Below, piece after piece: positions 9,810 through 19,371 of a DNA stretch of 64,000 bases. Positions within the stretch are counted from its first letter, which is position 1; the number at the start of each line of letters is the position of its first letter. Position numbers and translations under genes: made by a program. The notes beneath the pieces were generated by a model. The model saw nothing but the letters and a program-made list of their open reading frames with translations. It had not been told where the DNA came from and did not search any database. This stretch comes from a virus: IMG/VR virus record IMGVR_UViG_3300027847_001705; one strand, given 5' to 3'.

Positions 9810-10274
9810 TTAAAATCCTAACTGTTGTAATTCTCTTATGCTATCTTTTGCAGATGTATGTAATATCGCAATGCCACCTTTGGATTTCCATTCAGCTACG
9901 TTTGATTCAGAATCATCGATTAAAATATTCGGTGATAAATTTTCTTCAACAGCATAATATTGTTTTTCTCTCTGAAAAACACAATGAATCCTTACGGGGA
10001 ATAATTTATAATGTTTAAAAATCCATTGCATTTTTTGTATGCGACATTCTGGAAAACCAGAGTCGTTAGGGATCGCGGTCAAAACATGCCAATCAAATTG
10101 CCCGGAAATATGATTTATTAATTCATCTGCATCAGGCATTTTGGGAAGAGAAAAGAAAAAATCTTCGGGGAGAAGTTCCCATCTGTTTGCCCATTCTTTT
10201 TTAGTATTAAATTTGTCAATGATGGGTTTATCAAAATCTGATAAAACACCATCCATATCAATAAAAACTTTCAT
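9810..10274 (-). CDS. HAD-family 5'(3')-deoxyribonucleotidase
   Basis: DMDGVLSDF, ILIDD, W...GG..ILH motifs. Confidence 0.88.
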   Translation of the reverse strand: MKVFIDMDGVLSDFDKPIIDKFNTKKEWANRWELLPEDFFFSLPKMPDADELINHISGQFDWHVLTAIPNDSGFPECRIQKMQWIFKHYKLFPVRIHCVFQREKQYYAVEENLSPNILIDDSESNVAEWKSKGGIAILHTSAKDSIRELQQLGF

Positions 10275-10276
10275 AA

Positions 10277-10489
10277 TTAATCGTATATAAAATTCATTTC
10301 GCCTTCAAGGCCCACTTTTTCTTTATATGCTTTATCAAGAATATCTTCTAACCAGAGTTTGCCTGTAAAAGCAGGCGCATTCTCAATATCTTTCCACAAC
10401 TCTTGGATTGCGGGAACACCTAATGATTCAGTATGTTTTTCAAGAACCTTAACACACTCATCAACATATTTTTCAAATGTTGTTTTCAT
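10277..10489 (-). CDS. Hypothetical protein
   Basis: 70-aa ORF in operon. Confidence 0.5.
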   Translation of the reverse strand: MKTTFEKYVDECVKVLEKHTESLGVPAIQELWKDIENAPAFTGKLWLEDILDKAYKEKVGLEGEMNFIYD

Positions 10490-10538
10490 AATACCCTCTA
10501 TTATACATCATTAATAAGTAAATTTCAACAAAAAAATT

Positions 10539-12500
10539 TTAAATCAAATCTACAACTTCACATCCACCGGGACTTGCACAAGCTTGTGTTTGTGCTCCGG
10601 CTGTATGGTCTTCTTTTTCATAATCACTTAATTTATCCCAATTTACATTTTTGGGCATTTTTAATAATAATTCTTTATACTGTTCTTCATCGCAATCTTG
10701 GTAAGGAGCTTGTTTATATGTATGTTCACTGAATGGTAAAAATGAAATGCCGCTAATAGAATCAAAATTATCCCAAACCCATGAACCTACCATCATCCAT
10801 TCGTGTTCCTTAACCGATATTGTAATAGATGGTTTATGCTCACACCAATGATCTTGATATACTTTCCACAATTCTAATTGATCTATAGCTGTCATATCGG
10901 TTCTACATATAGCCCCTTTTGGGCTTTTTTGTGGAAAAGAAAATACTGCAGTATGTTCTGGTTTTGTTATATCAGGTTCATTCGGAAACTTAGCTTCTTT
11001 CATAAACTTACATAAAGGATCTTTATTATCGGCTCGTACAGTTCGTATATAATAGGGATTATGACGAGCATGAATACCACTAGCACTATCAACGAGCTGA
11101 GAAACAGTTCCACTCGGTTTGACACAAGTAACTGCTGCCGATCTTGGGATCCCCAGTTTTTCAGCCCACTCTTTATTTGTTTCGATAGCGACATTTCGGA
11201 GTTCCTCTAAAAGTTTACCGGTTTTTAACATTCCCCTTTTTCCATTTGTTAATTCATTATCCATTATTCCGGTAAGCGATACTCCCAGAAGTCGTTCTTC
11301 TTCGCAATTTCTGGCCCATTCTTTTGTAAGATATTTGAAGTTAGTGAGAGTTGATTGGAACGTTCCAAGTATGGTTGCATTGCGCACTTTATCTTTGAGA
11401 CATTGGCGAGTGTCCCGTCCTCGGACAACGACTTCAGATAAGTTGCAAAATTCCCGTGACCGTAAAATGATCTCGCTGCATGGATTTGTGCCAAAGTCCT
11501 CTCTGGGATCTCTTCTTCTAATAAATCCTCCATGTTCATCTTGTTCCCTTTCATTTAATTTTTGTACTTGTCGACTAGCTGAATCTCCATTATATATTCC
11601 CCGTTCTCCAGATTTTGAATCATAAAGAGATAACCATTCTCTCATAAAAGTACCGGCATCTGGTTTTTCTTTATAATTGACAGAATTGTTTGCTAAAGCA
11701 CGCTGTACATTAATTTTATACCATTCCCCATGTTTTGCAAATCTCATTTCGCGATCATTAAGATCACTAAGACTAATAAGCGCGCTCCTTCGAACGCCTC
11801 CTACAACAACTACTTCCGCAGTCTTACAAATAATATCATGACATTCAATTGGTTTAAGTTGTCTTCCTGCGGCATTTGAAATTATCCCTGTTACAAAATT
11901 AAATAAATCTACTAATGGTTCGGGGCCAGAAGCTCTACCCCCAAAAGTTTTCAAAGGCATGCCTGCAGCTCTTACCTTGCTCATATCCCATTTAGGCTTT
12001 TGACCTTGATATAATAATGAGACTAATTCCTTATAAGCTTTACACCAACCCAATTTACTATCTGCAACTACTATGGTGGTATCTGTTGGAAAAAATTCTT
12101 CTGCGATAATTGGCATTTGATTTGTATATTTTTCTTCAACAGAAAAACCAACTCCTGTTCCATTCATTAAAACATACATAATTTCATCAAACGTTCTTTG
12201 ATTATCACATTTTAAATATGAACAATTATACCCAGCAACATTTTCTTTTTTGAGAGGTTCGCCAGCCGTCATTAAACATCTCATAGATGGCATAACTTCT
12301 AAATTTAGAACCGCTTCTTCTAATTCTTTTCTTACCTCATCAGAAAAATCATAATTACATTTTTCTTTTAAATCTTCTTTAAAAAAATCAAAATATCTTC
12401 CAATTGTTTCGGACCATTTTTCTCTTCTTTCTTCATCATACCTCCATCTCGCATATCTTGAAAGATGTATAAATGATTGATATTCTGTGGGTAAGTTCAT
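10539..12500 (-). CDS. nrdJ: Class II (adenosylcobalamin-dependent) ribonucleotide reductase
   Basis: PSMR, NCS, GTGVGFS, GGVRRSA, TNPCSEI, CVKPSGTVSQL, W.EHKPSITI; no small subunit adjacent. Confidence 0.92.
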   Translation of the reverse strand: MNLPTEYQSFIHLSRYARWRYDEERREKWSETIGRYFDFFKEDLKEKCNYDFSDEVRKELEEAVLNLEVMPSMRCLMTAGEPLKKENVAGYNCSYLKCDNQRTFDEIMYVLMNGTGVGFSVEEKYTNQMPIIAEEFFPTDTTIVVADSKLGWCKAYKELVSLLYQGQKPKWDMSKVRAAGMPLKTFGGRASGPEPLVDLFNFVTGIISNAAGRQLKPIECHDIICKTAEVVVVGGVRRSALISLSDLNDREMRFAKHGEWYKINVQRALANNSVNYKEKPDAGTFMREWLSLYDSKSGERGIYNGDSASRQVQKLNEREQDEHGGFIRRRDPREDFGTNPCSEIILRSREFCNLSEVVVRGRDTRQCLKDKVRNATILGTFQSTLTNFKYLTKEWARNCEEERLLGVSLTGIMDNELTNGKRGMLKTGKLLEELRNVAIETNKEWAEKLGIPRSAAVTCVKPSGTVSQLVDSASGIHARHNPYYIRTVRADNKDPLCKFMKEAKFPNEPDITKPEHTAVFSFPQKSPKGAICRTDMTAIDQLELWKVYQDHWCEHKPSITISVKEHEWMMVGSWVWDNFDSISGISFLPFSEHTYKQAPYQDCDEEQYKELLLKMPKNVNWDKLSDYEKEDHTAGAQTQACASPGGCEVVDLI

Positions 12501-12514
12501 TCATTTTCCTTGTG

Positions 12515-13300
12515 TTAAATTTTTTCTAGGAATTCTTTTTGTTCTCGATTTGATAAACCCTCAAGGGCAAATGCTTTGCTGTCTGATAATTCATACTTTA
12601 TTACTTCCATTTCTTGTTTAGAAAATGTTACAGCATCTTTACTATAATCTTCAAATGCTTCACAACATAAAGGAAATTCGGGTTTGATTAATTGATACAT
12701 TGCTGTAGCATAATCCTGAGTTTCTTTCTGCGTATGATTATCCATTCTTAATTTACAAAAATGAAAAAAATTATGTAAATCTATTTTCCAAATAACCTCA
12801 GTATAATTACCCACCGGTAGCACAGAGCGAGCCAATTCTCGAGCCAAATCAAGTTCTAATAAATTGTGATAGGAGTGAATAGCATTATCATATATGCGAT
12901 TAAATTCGAATTTAACAAGACCTTTTTGCTCAATCTCTTCACCTCTACCCTGATTGTTTTGGGTTGATTGTTTTTGTATATCATCGTCATGAGGAACGTA
13001 AAAGTCTTCACTCATCAACGAATATCGTCCTGAATATTCATTTAAATTCGCCGTCCGATGCCGAATTATTTGTCTCATAACAAAAATGGGTAATTTTAAA
13101 TAGAATTTTACTTCACACATTTCAAAAGGAGATGTGTGTTTATGCCTCATTAAATATCGAATTAAATTACGGGTCTCACTAACTTTTTTTGTACCTTTGC
13201 CGTAACTTATTCGGGCGGCATCGACTATATCTTCATCACTTCCCATAATATCTAATAATCTAACTAGTCCATCTTCATGAACTTTCACTTCTTCATTCAT
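12515..13300 (-). CDS. thyX: Flavin-dependent thymidylate synthase
   Basis: AARISY, HTSPFE, RHRTANLNEYSGRY signature; start placed at the ATGA overlap with primase stop. Confidence 0.95.
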   Translation of the reverse strand: MNEEVKVHEDGLVRLLDIMGSDEDIVDAARISYGKGTKKVSETRNLIRYLMRHKHTSPFEMCEVKFYLKLPIFVMRQIIRHRTANLNEYSGRYSLMSEDFYVPHDDDIQKQSTQNNQGRGEEIEQKGLVKFEFNRIYDNAIHSYHNLLELDLARELARSVLPVGNYTEVIWKIDLHNFFHFCKLRMDNHTQKETQDYATAMYQLIKPEFPLCCEAFEDYSKDAVTFSKQEMEVIKYELSDSKAFALEGLSNREQKEFLEKI

Positions 13301-14295
13301 GATCTTTTCCACTGGTTAAATTTTATTCTTGCGGGAAGGCCGCGATAAGTATTCATATTTATTATATCAATAATTTCCAAAATATCCATTTCACCCACGA
13401 CCATATCATTAATATCTTTAAATTTAACTGTGTCTGGCCATATGCAAACCGCGAAACCTTTTTTAATAGATTTTTCTATTTTAAATACAATTTCTTTATT
13501 TCTTGGTTCATTATCATATACAAAAACAACGTTCTTAGCATAAAACATACTAACATCATCCAAATCGCTGCCGGCCATGGCAAGAGAATTTGGAAGAAAC
13601 ATGCTATCAAACGGTCCTTCAACAATGTATATTAATTCATCTTCTTTTATTTTATCTAATCCGAATATTTTTGTAGCGCTCTTATCTATTTTAATAGTAA
13701 AATATCTTAATGTATTATTTTCTAAACTTCTACCCTGAGCAGCAATTAGTTTTCGATCTTTACTAAAAAATGGAATAATTATTCTGGGATCATTTGCTTT
13801 TAATCGCGCAGCTAATTCTACATCATATTTACTCACCCAACTTTTAAAACAATCTGCAAAGTACATATCACTATAGCGATCTTTGGGCAACATTCTTACA
13901 TCACAAAATTTTACGGCTGGATGATCTGGATCCAAATCAATTAATTTTGGCGCATCTATTTTTGTAAAAACCGGTTTTCTAAAAATAGGAATTTTTTCTT
14001 GATAAACTGGAGTACCGTTTTCTTCTTTATAATTTTCAAATGAATATTGTCTTGATAAAGTAGGATCTATTTTGTCTAATAAAAATTTTAACGATCCGCC
14101 GGCTCCGCAATTATGACATTTAAAAATTAAGTTATTTTTTTTATTAAAAAGATAACCTCTTGCTTTAAATTGATTTTTTTGAGAATCTCCACATATTGGA
14201 CATCTAAAATTATATAAGTCTCTGGATTTTCGGGCAAAACGAGATAAACGGGAAGAAAGCAAATTAGTATACTTGTGGTCGATATATAGACTCAT
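13297..14295 (-). CDS. 61: DNA primase (T4 gp61)
   Basis: CPICGDS...CHNC zinc finger, IIIPF, QGR, VEGPFDS, DNEPRN, KDIND. Confidence 0.95.
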   Translation of the reverse strand: MSLYIDHKYTNLLSSRLSRFARKSRDLYNFRCPICGDSQKNQFKARGYLFNKKNNLIFKCHNCGAGGSLKFLLDKIDPTLSRQYSFENYKEENGTPVYQEKIPIFRKPVFTKIDAPKLIDLDPDHPAVKFCDVRMLPKDRYSDMYFADCFKSWVSKYDVELAARLKANDPRIIIPFFSKDRKLIAAQGRSLENNTLRYFTIKIDKSATKIFGLDKIKEDELIYIVEGPFDSMFLPNSLAMAGSDLDDVSMFYAKNVVFVYDNEPRNKEIVFKIEKSIKKGFAVCIWPDTVKFKDINDMVVGEMDILEIIDIINMNTYRGLPARIKFNQWKRS

Positions 14296-14330
14296 TGTGC
14301 TCTATATTTTAGAGTTTAATTTAATAATAT

Positions 14331-14359
14331 ATTATAGTATGATTTAAAAGAAATGTCAA
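14331..14359 (-). promoter_or_regulatory. Consensus sigma70 promoter for the primase-thyX-nrdJ operon
   Basis: TTGACA-17 nt-TATAAT read on minus strand. Confidence 0.85.
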
Positions 14360-14362
14360 GAT

Positions 14363-14389
14363 AAAAAAAGGGACCAGTGGTCCCTTTTT
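14363..14389. terminator. Intrinsic (probably bidirectional) terminator
   Basis: AAAAAGGGACCA-G-TGGTCCCTTTTT inverted repeat with T runs on both strands. Confidence 0.85.
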
Positions 14390-14406
14390 ACTCGCTGTGG
14401 ATTTTA

Positions 14407-14742
14407 TTAAGAATTTTTAAACATTCTTATAATTTTTATGATTTCTACGCCAGCATTAATTGCTTCTTCAACTACTACGTCAAGATCATCTGTTAGATCT
14501 TGTAATTCAAATTCATCTTTAGCAAATTGAATTAATTCTTCGAATTCAGTATCATCTAAATCTTGTAATTCAACTAAAACATCTTCAACATGATCCATAG
14601 ATGATCCTAATCTTTTCAAAGGATCAATAAACTTTTTTGCATCCGACCATCCAATATCACCTGCTTCCATTGCAGTAACAGATGCTTCACTTAATGCGAA
14701 AACGAAAGCCAATACATCTTTCGTTTCTTGTACTCCTGCCAT
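14407..14742 (-). CDS. Hypothetical acidic protein
   Basis: 111-aa ORF with AAGG SD. Confidence 0.55.
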   Translation of the reverse strand: MAGVQETKDVLAFVFALSEASVTAMEAGDIGWSDAKKFIDPLKRLGSSMDHVEDVLVELQDLDDTEFEELIQFAKDEFELQDLTDDLDVVVEEAINAGVEIIKIIRMFKNS

Positions 14743-14753
14743 AATATACCTTT

Positions 14754-15446
14754 CTAAATGTTATGATTGGGATGGGAAGGAAAAATTCTTCTTTGTTCCC
14801 TAATTCCCATAGGTTCAAGTCTTTTTAAAACTTCCCCTTTCCTCTTCTTTTTTCTTACGGGTGGATCATCGCCTGCTTCAGCACTTCCAGCTATTCCACC
14901 TGCGGCCATGGCATTAGCAGGAGCATCTTCTTTAACTTCCTTATGTTTAAGAAAATCTTTAACCATTTGAAGATCCATATCATGTAATTTTTTCCAATTC
15001 GGATCATCAACCCATTTAATACCAGATTCACGGTCAGCTTCCATGTCGCCTTCTGCTAGAAAATCTCCTTCTCCCCACTCTTGGAGTATATCTTCATATA
15101 AATTTGAAAACTTTTCTTCCAATACTTTTTCATCTGCTAATATTTTTAGATTTTTTTCTTCGCGAAGAAGTAACAAGGCTGCGGCATAGGTAGCAATTGT
15201 TGTTTTTCCAAAAGGTATCTTACCTAACAATTTCTTCAAATTGAAGATAAGAGTGTCCATCATAGTATAGGCATTTCTTTGTTCTATAGTAGTAAAGTCT
15301 CTTTTTTTAATGAGGACTTTACCATTCTTATCAATAATACCCAGCTTATAAGCATCTGTTTTTTCAAATCTGGTAACTAATCGTTTAAGGAAGGAAAATA
15401 GAAAATATAATTCTGAACCCTGTATTAGCACATTTTTTAGACCCAT
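14754..15446 (-). CDS. Conserved T4-like late hypothetical protein
   Basis: AYKLGIIDKNGKVL...AAALLLLRE and EDAPAN motifs. Confidence 0.6.
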   Translation of the reverse strand: MGLKNVLIQGSELYFLFSFLKRLVTRFEKTDAYKLGIIDKNGKVLIKKRDFTTIEQRNAYTMMDTLIFNLKKLLGKIPFGKTTIATYAAALLLLREEKNLKILADEKVLEEKFSNLYEDILQEWGEGDFLAEGDMEADRESGIKWVDDPNWKKLHDMDLQMVKDFLKHKEVKEDAPANAMAAGGIAGSAEAGDDPPVRKKKRKGEVLKRLEPMGIREQRRIFPSHPNHNI

Positions 15447-15453
15447 GAAAATC

Positions 15454-15846
15454 CTATAACCGTCTTAATTGCTTTACTACGTGTTGATCTAGTGTTATAT
15501 CACTTTCTCTGATATTTGCACCTTTTATGCTGCGAACAACTTTTGGCATTCTTTTTAAATATATTAAAAAAGGTTTTAACACATGCCAACTATTTTCATC
15601 AATTTTATAAAATAATATTCGGGTCGCAGCTTCGTTCTCGAATAAATTATATATCATAATCAAGTGGTTAAGAATTAATCTTTGTTTTAATTCATGAGTT
15701 GTTAGATAATGATTTAAAAGCCTTTTTAAATATTTAAACCTTTTCATATCATCTCTATAATCCTCAGTACCGATACATTGAGGATTATCGTAAAACTTCA
15801 TGCAATATAATTCTATATTATCTTCATTTATATCATCAAAATTCAC
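15454..15846 (-). CDS. Conserved T4-like hypothetical protein
   Basis: YDNPQC...DDMKRFKYLKRL, RLILNHLI motifs. Confidence 0.65.
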   Translation of the reverse strand: MNFDDINEDNIELYCMKFYDNPQCIGTEDYRDDMKRFKYLKRLLNHYLTTHELKQRLILNHLIMIYNLFENEAATRILFYKIDENSWHVLKPFLIYLKRMPKVVRSIKGANIRESDITLDQHVVKQLRRL

Positions 15847-16076
15847 TTTTTCACTTTTTTCACTTTTGAACTTTCAATCACATTATTAGTTTCAGTTTCT
15901 TTATTTTCAATCATACTTAAATAATGATTCGAAACTTGAATTGCACCGTCAAGAGAAGAAAGCGTCCGATCTAATTGTTTAATTTCGTCAGACGCTTGAT
16001 CTAATCTTGTTTGAACTTGGACTCTATCTTTTTGTAAGAATTCCAATTGTTTTACAATTTCACTTTTATCTATCAT
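15843..16076 (-). CDS. Small coiled-coil protein
   Basis: Heptad pattern; resembles 17768..18007. Confidence 0.55.
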   Translation of the reverse strand: MIDKSEIVKQLEFLQKDRVQVQTRLDQASDEIKQLDRTLSSLDGAIQVSNHYLSMIENKETETNNVIESSKVKKVKK

Positions 16077-16101
16077 AATAAATCCATAAATTAAATATTA
16101 A

Positions 16102-16821
16102 TTACGAAACATTGTCCCAAAGTAAAAGATATTTGGTCAGGCCAGATACACATACTTTTATAGCACCGTTTGCAGGACCGGTATTTGTACTAACAGTATT
16201 TTCACCGGTAGTTAAAAATGGTCCAACATTAGCACCAGCTGCGGCACTATAACCACCTCCTGGAGTAGCATCCCAAGCAAAGGCAACATTTTGTGAAGTT
16301 CCCGTTAATGTACTTTGTACATCAAACTTAATGAATGCTGTAGGACTCGCGCTAGGTGAAGCTACGGTATTGGCATGAGATAAAATCATGACATATGAGT
16401 TACCAGAATCGGCACTATCCCATGTATTTAAATCAAGTGTACCTCTTATAGCAGATGTTTCTGCAACAAAGGCAACATTAGCATCATGTATAAAAACTTT
16501 TGAGGCGGCAGCCGTTAAAGTTCCAACATTAGCTTGAGTTGCTCCTGTACCTTTTGCATCAACAGTAATTTGTGATGTGGTAATATTATCAAAAACATCG
16601 GTAGATGAAGGAGTAATATTGGCAGTGTGTGTGGTTTTGTGAACTATTTCCTCAGTGGCTGCTGCTGTACCAGTAACGGTATGAGTAACATTTGCTAAGA
16701 AATCTTTAACTGTGAGTTTTTTGTTCACAGGTGATCCGCTCGGATCATCGATAATATGAAGTAAATCTTCGGACGCCGCTTCTGACGCGGGCGTTAACGC
16801 GGTTATTTTCTTATCAGCCAT
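16102..16821 (-). CDS. Virion fibre/decoration-like structural protein
   Basis: Thr/Ala/Val-rich; MADKKITAL...[10 protein letters not shown]...NKK N-terminus; strong SD. Confidence 0.6.
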   Translation of the reverse strand: MADKKITALTPASEAASEDLLHIIDDPSGSPVNKKLTVKDFLANVTHTVTGTAAATEEIVHKTTHTANITPSSTDVFDNITTSQITVDAKGTGATQANVGTLTAAASKVFIHDANVAFVAETSAIRGTLDLNTWDSADSGNSYVMILSHANTVASPSASPTAFIKFDVQSTLTGTSQNVAFAWDATPGGGYSAAAGANVGPFLTTGENTVSTNTGPANGAIKVCVSGLTKYLLLWDNVS

Positions 16822-16830
16822 TTTTCTCCT

Positions 16831-16905
16831 TGCTGGCTTTTGCAGTGGGACTCACCACCAGTTAAAATCATGCTGAGAATCGCTCTTGCGAAGGGTCTTT
16901 CTCAG
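16831..16905 (-). ncRNA. Candidate structured 5' leader RNA
   Basis: CUGAGAA/UUCUCAG stem with inner UCGC/GCGA hairpin, then a CUGGU/GCCAG stem next to the SD. Confidence 0.4.
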
Positions 16906-16917
16906 ACATCCAAATAT

Positions 16918-17760
16918 TTATGATACCAAACCTAAGCGTTCTAATTCATCTATAATGTCCGCGGCTGTTGTTGCCCCGGCAATAAAAGTAGAATTAGCTG
17001 CAACGGGAGCTGTACCATAAAATCCAACTATATCGGTCGCGCTACCTATTTGTACGCCACCTCTAAATCTCATTACTGTAGTATTAGCTGAAATATACAT
17101 ATCTTTTTCGACACCATCTTCGAGTGCCATATCTATACCAGATTCTAATTGCATATTTCCGGTTTCAGAAAAGTTACTAGTAAAAGAACCATTATCTGGA
17201 ACGCTATCTTCTATTAATAGACTGCCTTGAAAATCTATTCTTGATTCTATCAAACCAACAATTTGCCATCGGTCAGTTATCTTGTGTCCGGTAACTGTAT
17301 CAAATTTAATACTAACGCCATTGGCAAGGGCTTGATCAGTTCCATCAATATCAACAGTTGATGCACCTGTTGAAGTATCTCCATCTCTCCACCATTTAAA
17401 AGTGTCATTGGCGGTTATGGAAGTACCATCAATTTCAACATGCCATACTGAATTTTCTTCTAAATCAAAGGTTCCTAAAATAACTTTTAAATCATCTACT
17501 TCACCTTTTATTATTTCAGGCTGTAAAGCTGTTTTAGAATTTCTTAAATTTATATCTCTGGCAACATTTGTATCAGCGCGAGATTGAATTTTATTAGCAA
17601 CACTTCTTGTAGTTTTATCCGTAGATAAAGCTGATAATAAATTATCTAATCTTATCTTTTTATTAACCGGATTCCCAATTGGATCATCTACTATGATTAA
17701 TAAATCTTCGGAGGTAGGAGATTCATGGGTATTCAGTGCTGGAATTGATTTATCTGCCAT
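16918..17760 (-). CDS. Virion fibre/decoration-like structural protein (paralogue of 16102..16821)
   Basis: MADKSIPAL...EDLLIIVDDP...NKK N-terminus; beta-rich body. Confidence 0.6.
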   Translation of the reverse strand: MADKSIPALNTHESPTSEDLLIIVDDPIGNPVNKKIRLDNLLSALSTDKTTRSVANKIQSRADTNVARDINLRNSKTALQPEIIKGEVDDLKVILGTFDLEENSVWHVEIDGTSITANDTFKWWRDGDTSTGASTVDIDGTDQALANGVSIKFDTVTGHKITDRWQIVGLIESRIDFQGSLLIEDSVPDNGSFTSNFSETGNMQLESGIDMALEDGVEKDMYISANTTVMRFRGGVQIGSATDIVGFYGTAPVAANSTFIAGATTAADIIDELERLGLVS

Positions 17761-17767
17761 TTATTTC

Positions 17768-18007
17768 TCAAAAATTTTCTGTTTCAAGTTCTTTCAGTTC
17801 AGGTACTTCAACGTCCACGGATTCGGCTGTCGTTAAAATATCATCGCAAGCACTAATTGCACCCGCGTAAGCTTGTATATTAGCTTTTATTTTCTCAATT
17901 TCTCGGAGCTGCACCGAAAGCCGATTTTCGAGCTCGGCTTTCGCTGCGACATGTTGATTGCGTTTTTCAACAATTGTGCTCACATTTATATTTTCAATAT
18001 ATTCCAT
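17768..18007 (-). CDS. Small coiled-coil protein
   Basis: Heptad pattern ending GAI...L. Confidence 0.55.
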   Translation of the reverse strand: MEYIENINVSTIVEKRNQHVAAKAELENRLSVQLREIEKIKANIQAYAGAISACDDILTTAESVDVEVPELKELETENF

Positions 18008-18022
18008 AATTTAATTTAATAT

Positions 18023-18592
18023 TTATGTTATGGTTAACGTTTGTGCTGTTAAACCTGAAAGTACCAACAAAGCAACTGTTGTTCCATCGGTTGTATCTTT
18101 CATTGTACCACTATTTAGTACGACATTAGATCCGCCTAATGTAAGAACATCGCCTGTTACGACTGTCTGAGCCGCAACTGAAAAGGTAAGTCTGTTTGTT
18201 CCTGTTCCTGATGCATATACAGCAACGTGTGGTCCACGACCAGAACCAGCTCCCTCGTTACCATTTGCAATGGAAACTGAAGGTGCTCCGGTAACTGTCA
18301 CTCTTTCATCGTAAGTAACCTGAACGGATACTGCTTTTGATCCGCCTGTGATTGCTGCAGCAGTAAATCTCATTGATGTAATAGATGGTGCTGCAAGTGT
18401 TGTACCGAGACCGCCCATGGCAACTAAAATTTCGGGGGATGCTGAAGCGTTTTTACTCGCTTTAGTATTAATAGCCCACCCTTGATCAGTCGCAAAGACG
18501 TCTTGTTTGTTATATGTAGCACCTTCTGTAGTACCTATGTATTTTGGTTTTTGCGCCTGTGTACCGGCAGCTGCTTTTCCCCATAAAGGCAT
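18023..18592 (-). CDS. Virion structural protein with Ig-like C-terminal domain
   Basis: MPLWG start, Gly/Thr/Ala-rich, YASGTGTNRLTF Ig-like strand; TATAAATA upstream. Confidence 0.6.
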   Translation of the reverse strand: MPLWGKAAAGTQAQKPKYIGTTEGATYNKQDVFATDQGWAINTKASKNASASPEILVAMGGLGTTLAAPSITSMRFTAAAITGGSKAVSVQVTYDERVTVTGAPSVSIANGNEGAGSGRGPHVAVYASGTGTNRLTFSVAAQTVVTGDVLTLGGSNVVLNSGTMKDTTDGTTVALLVLSGLTAQTLTIT

Positions 18593-18615
18593 TATGTCTC
18601 CTTGTTTGTTTAAAA

Positions 18616-18623
18616 TATTTATA
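18616..18623 (-). promoter_or_regulatory. T4-type late promoter
   Basis: TATAAATA 24 nt upstream of a structural gene start. Confidence 0.7.
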
Positions 18624-19362
18624 ACAACTTTTTAAATTCGCGTATAGAAATATTATCTATATTAGAAATCTCTTTATTAAAACATTGTTCTTCCTGAACA
18701 TGTATAAAATCAACTTCAGGAAAATAATCAGTAAACATTACTTCAAAATTTTGAATCCACCCTGCTGCTTTCACCGGTAATGCATAACTAGGGGCATAGC
18801 AGTCTGTGTCTTTATATATATTGTTTACTTTTCCATTATTTATGTTAAAATCAAAACCCATTAAATAAACCTTGTCGGGTTTTTCATTCTCACAACACAA
18901 CCAGGTTGCAAGAGGTCCTGAATCTAACAAAGGTATATGTTTAAAATCATCTACTACGTTTATCTTATCTTCTTCTGTTATCCATGTGAACCAATAGCAA
19001 GGATTTGTTTGTAAATCCATTGTATGTGTATCATCGTGAAAAACTCTACTAATTTCTTGGCCGTAATGAGCGAATTTAAAATCTGTTTTTTTATTCTCTA
19101 TTACTTTTATTCCGGGCTCTAACGTTGACCGAAAAACAGGATACATATCAGGATCCAGTAACTGAAAATTCCTAAACCAACATTGATTTAATTTAGGATA
19201 TTGTGATTCCACCAACTCATGTAACATTTTATTATCAATACATATAAGATTGGTTGGTGTCCAATCCCTATACATCGCATTGCATCCATATGTTGTATGA
19301 TCTAATAACAAATTAAGGTCAAAATCTTTACGACTTTCACCATTCCCAATCACTATAAACAT
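18619..19362 (-). CDS. Hypothetical protein with Rossmann-like N-terminus (MptE/GT29-like)
   Basis: VIGNGESR, YGCNA, SG..A, YLMGFD motifs. Confidence 0.55.
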   Translation of the reverse strand: MFIVIGNGESRKDFDLNLLLDHTTYGCNAMYRDWTPTNLICIDNKMLHELVESQYPKLNQCWFRNFQLLDPDMYPVFRSTLEPGIKVIENKKTDFKFAHYGQEISRVFHDDTHTMDLQTNPCYWFTWITEEDKINVVDDFKHIPLLDSGPLATWLCCENEKPDKVYLMGFDFNINNGKVNNIYKDTDCYAPSYALPVKAAGWIQNFEVMFTDYFPEVDFIHVQEEQCFNKEISNIDNISIREFKKLL

Positions 19363-19371
19363 ATTTGATTG

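Noticed and set aside
12500-12515. Cobalamin riboswitch upstream of nrdJ
   Set aside because: Only 14 nt separate thyX and nrdJ; no room for a B12 box
16831-16865. Match to c-di-GMP, ZTP, FMN or cobalamin riboswitches
   Set aside because: Only short fragments resemble those consensus sequences and the core conserved motifs are absent; kept as an unknown leader
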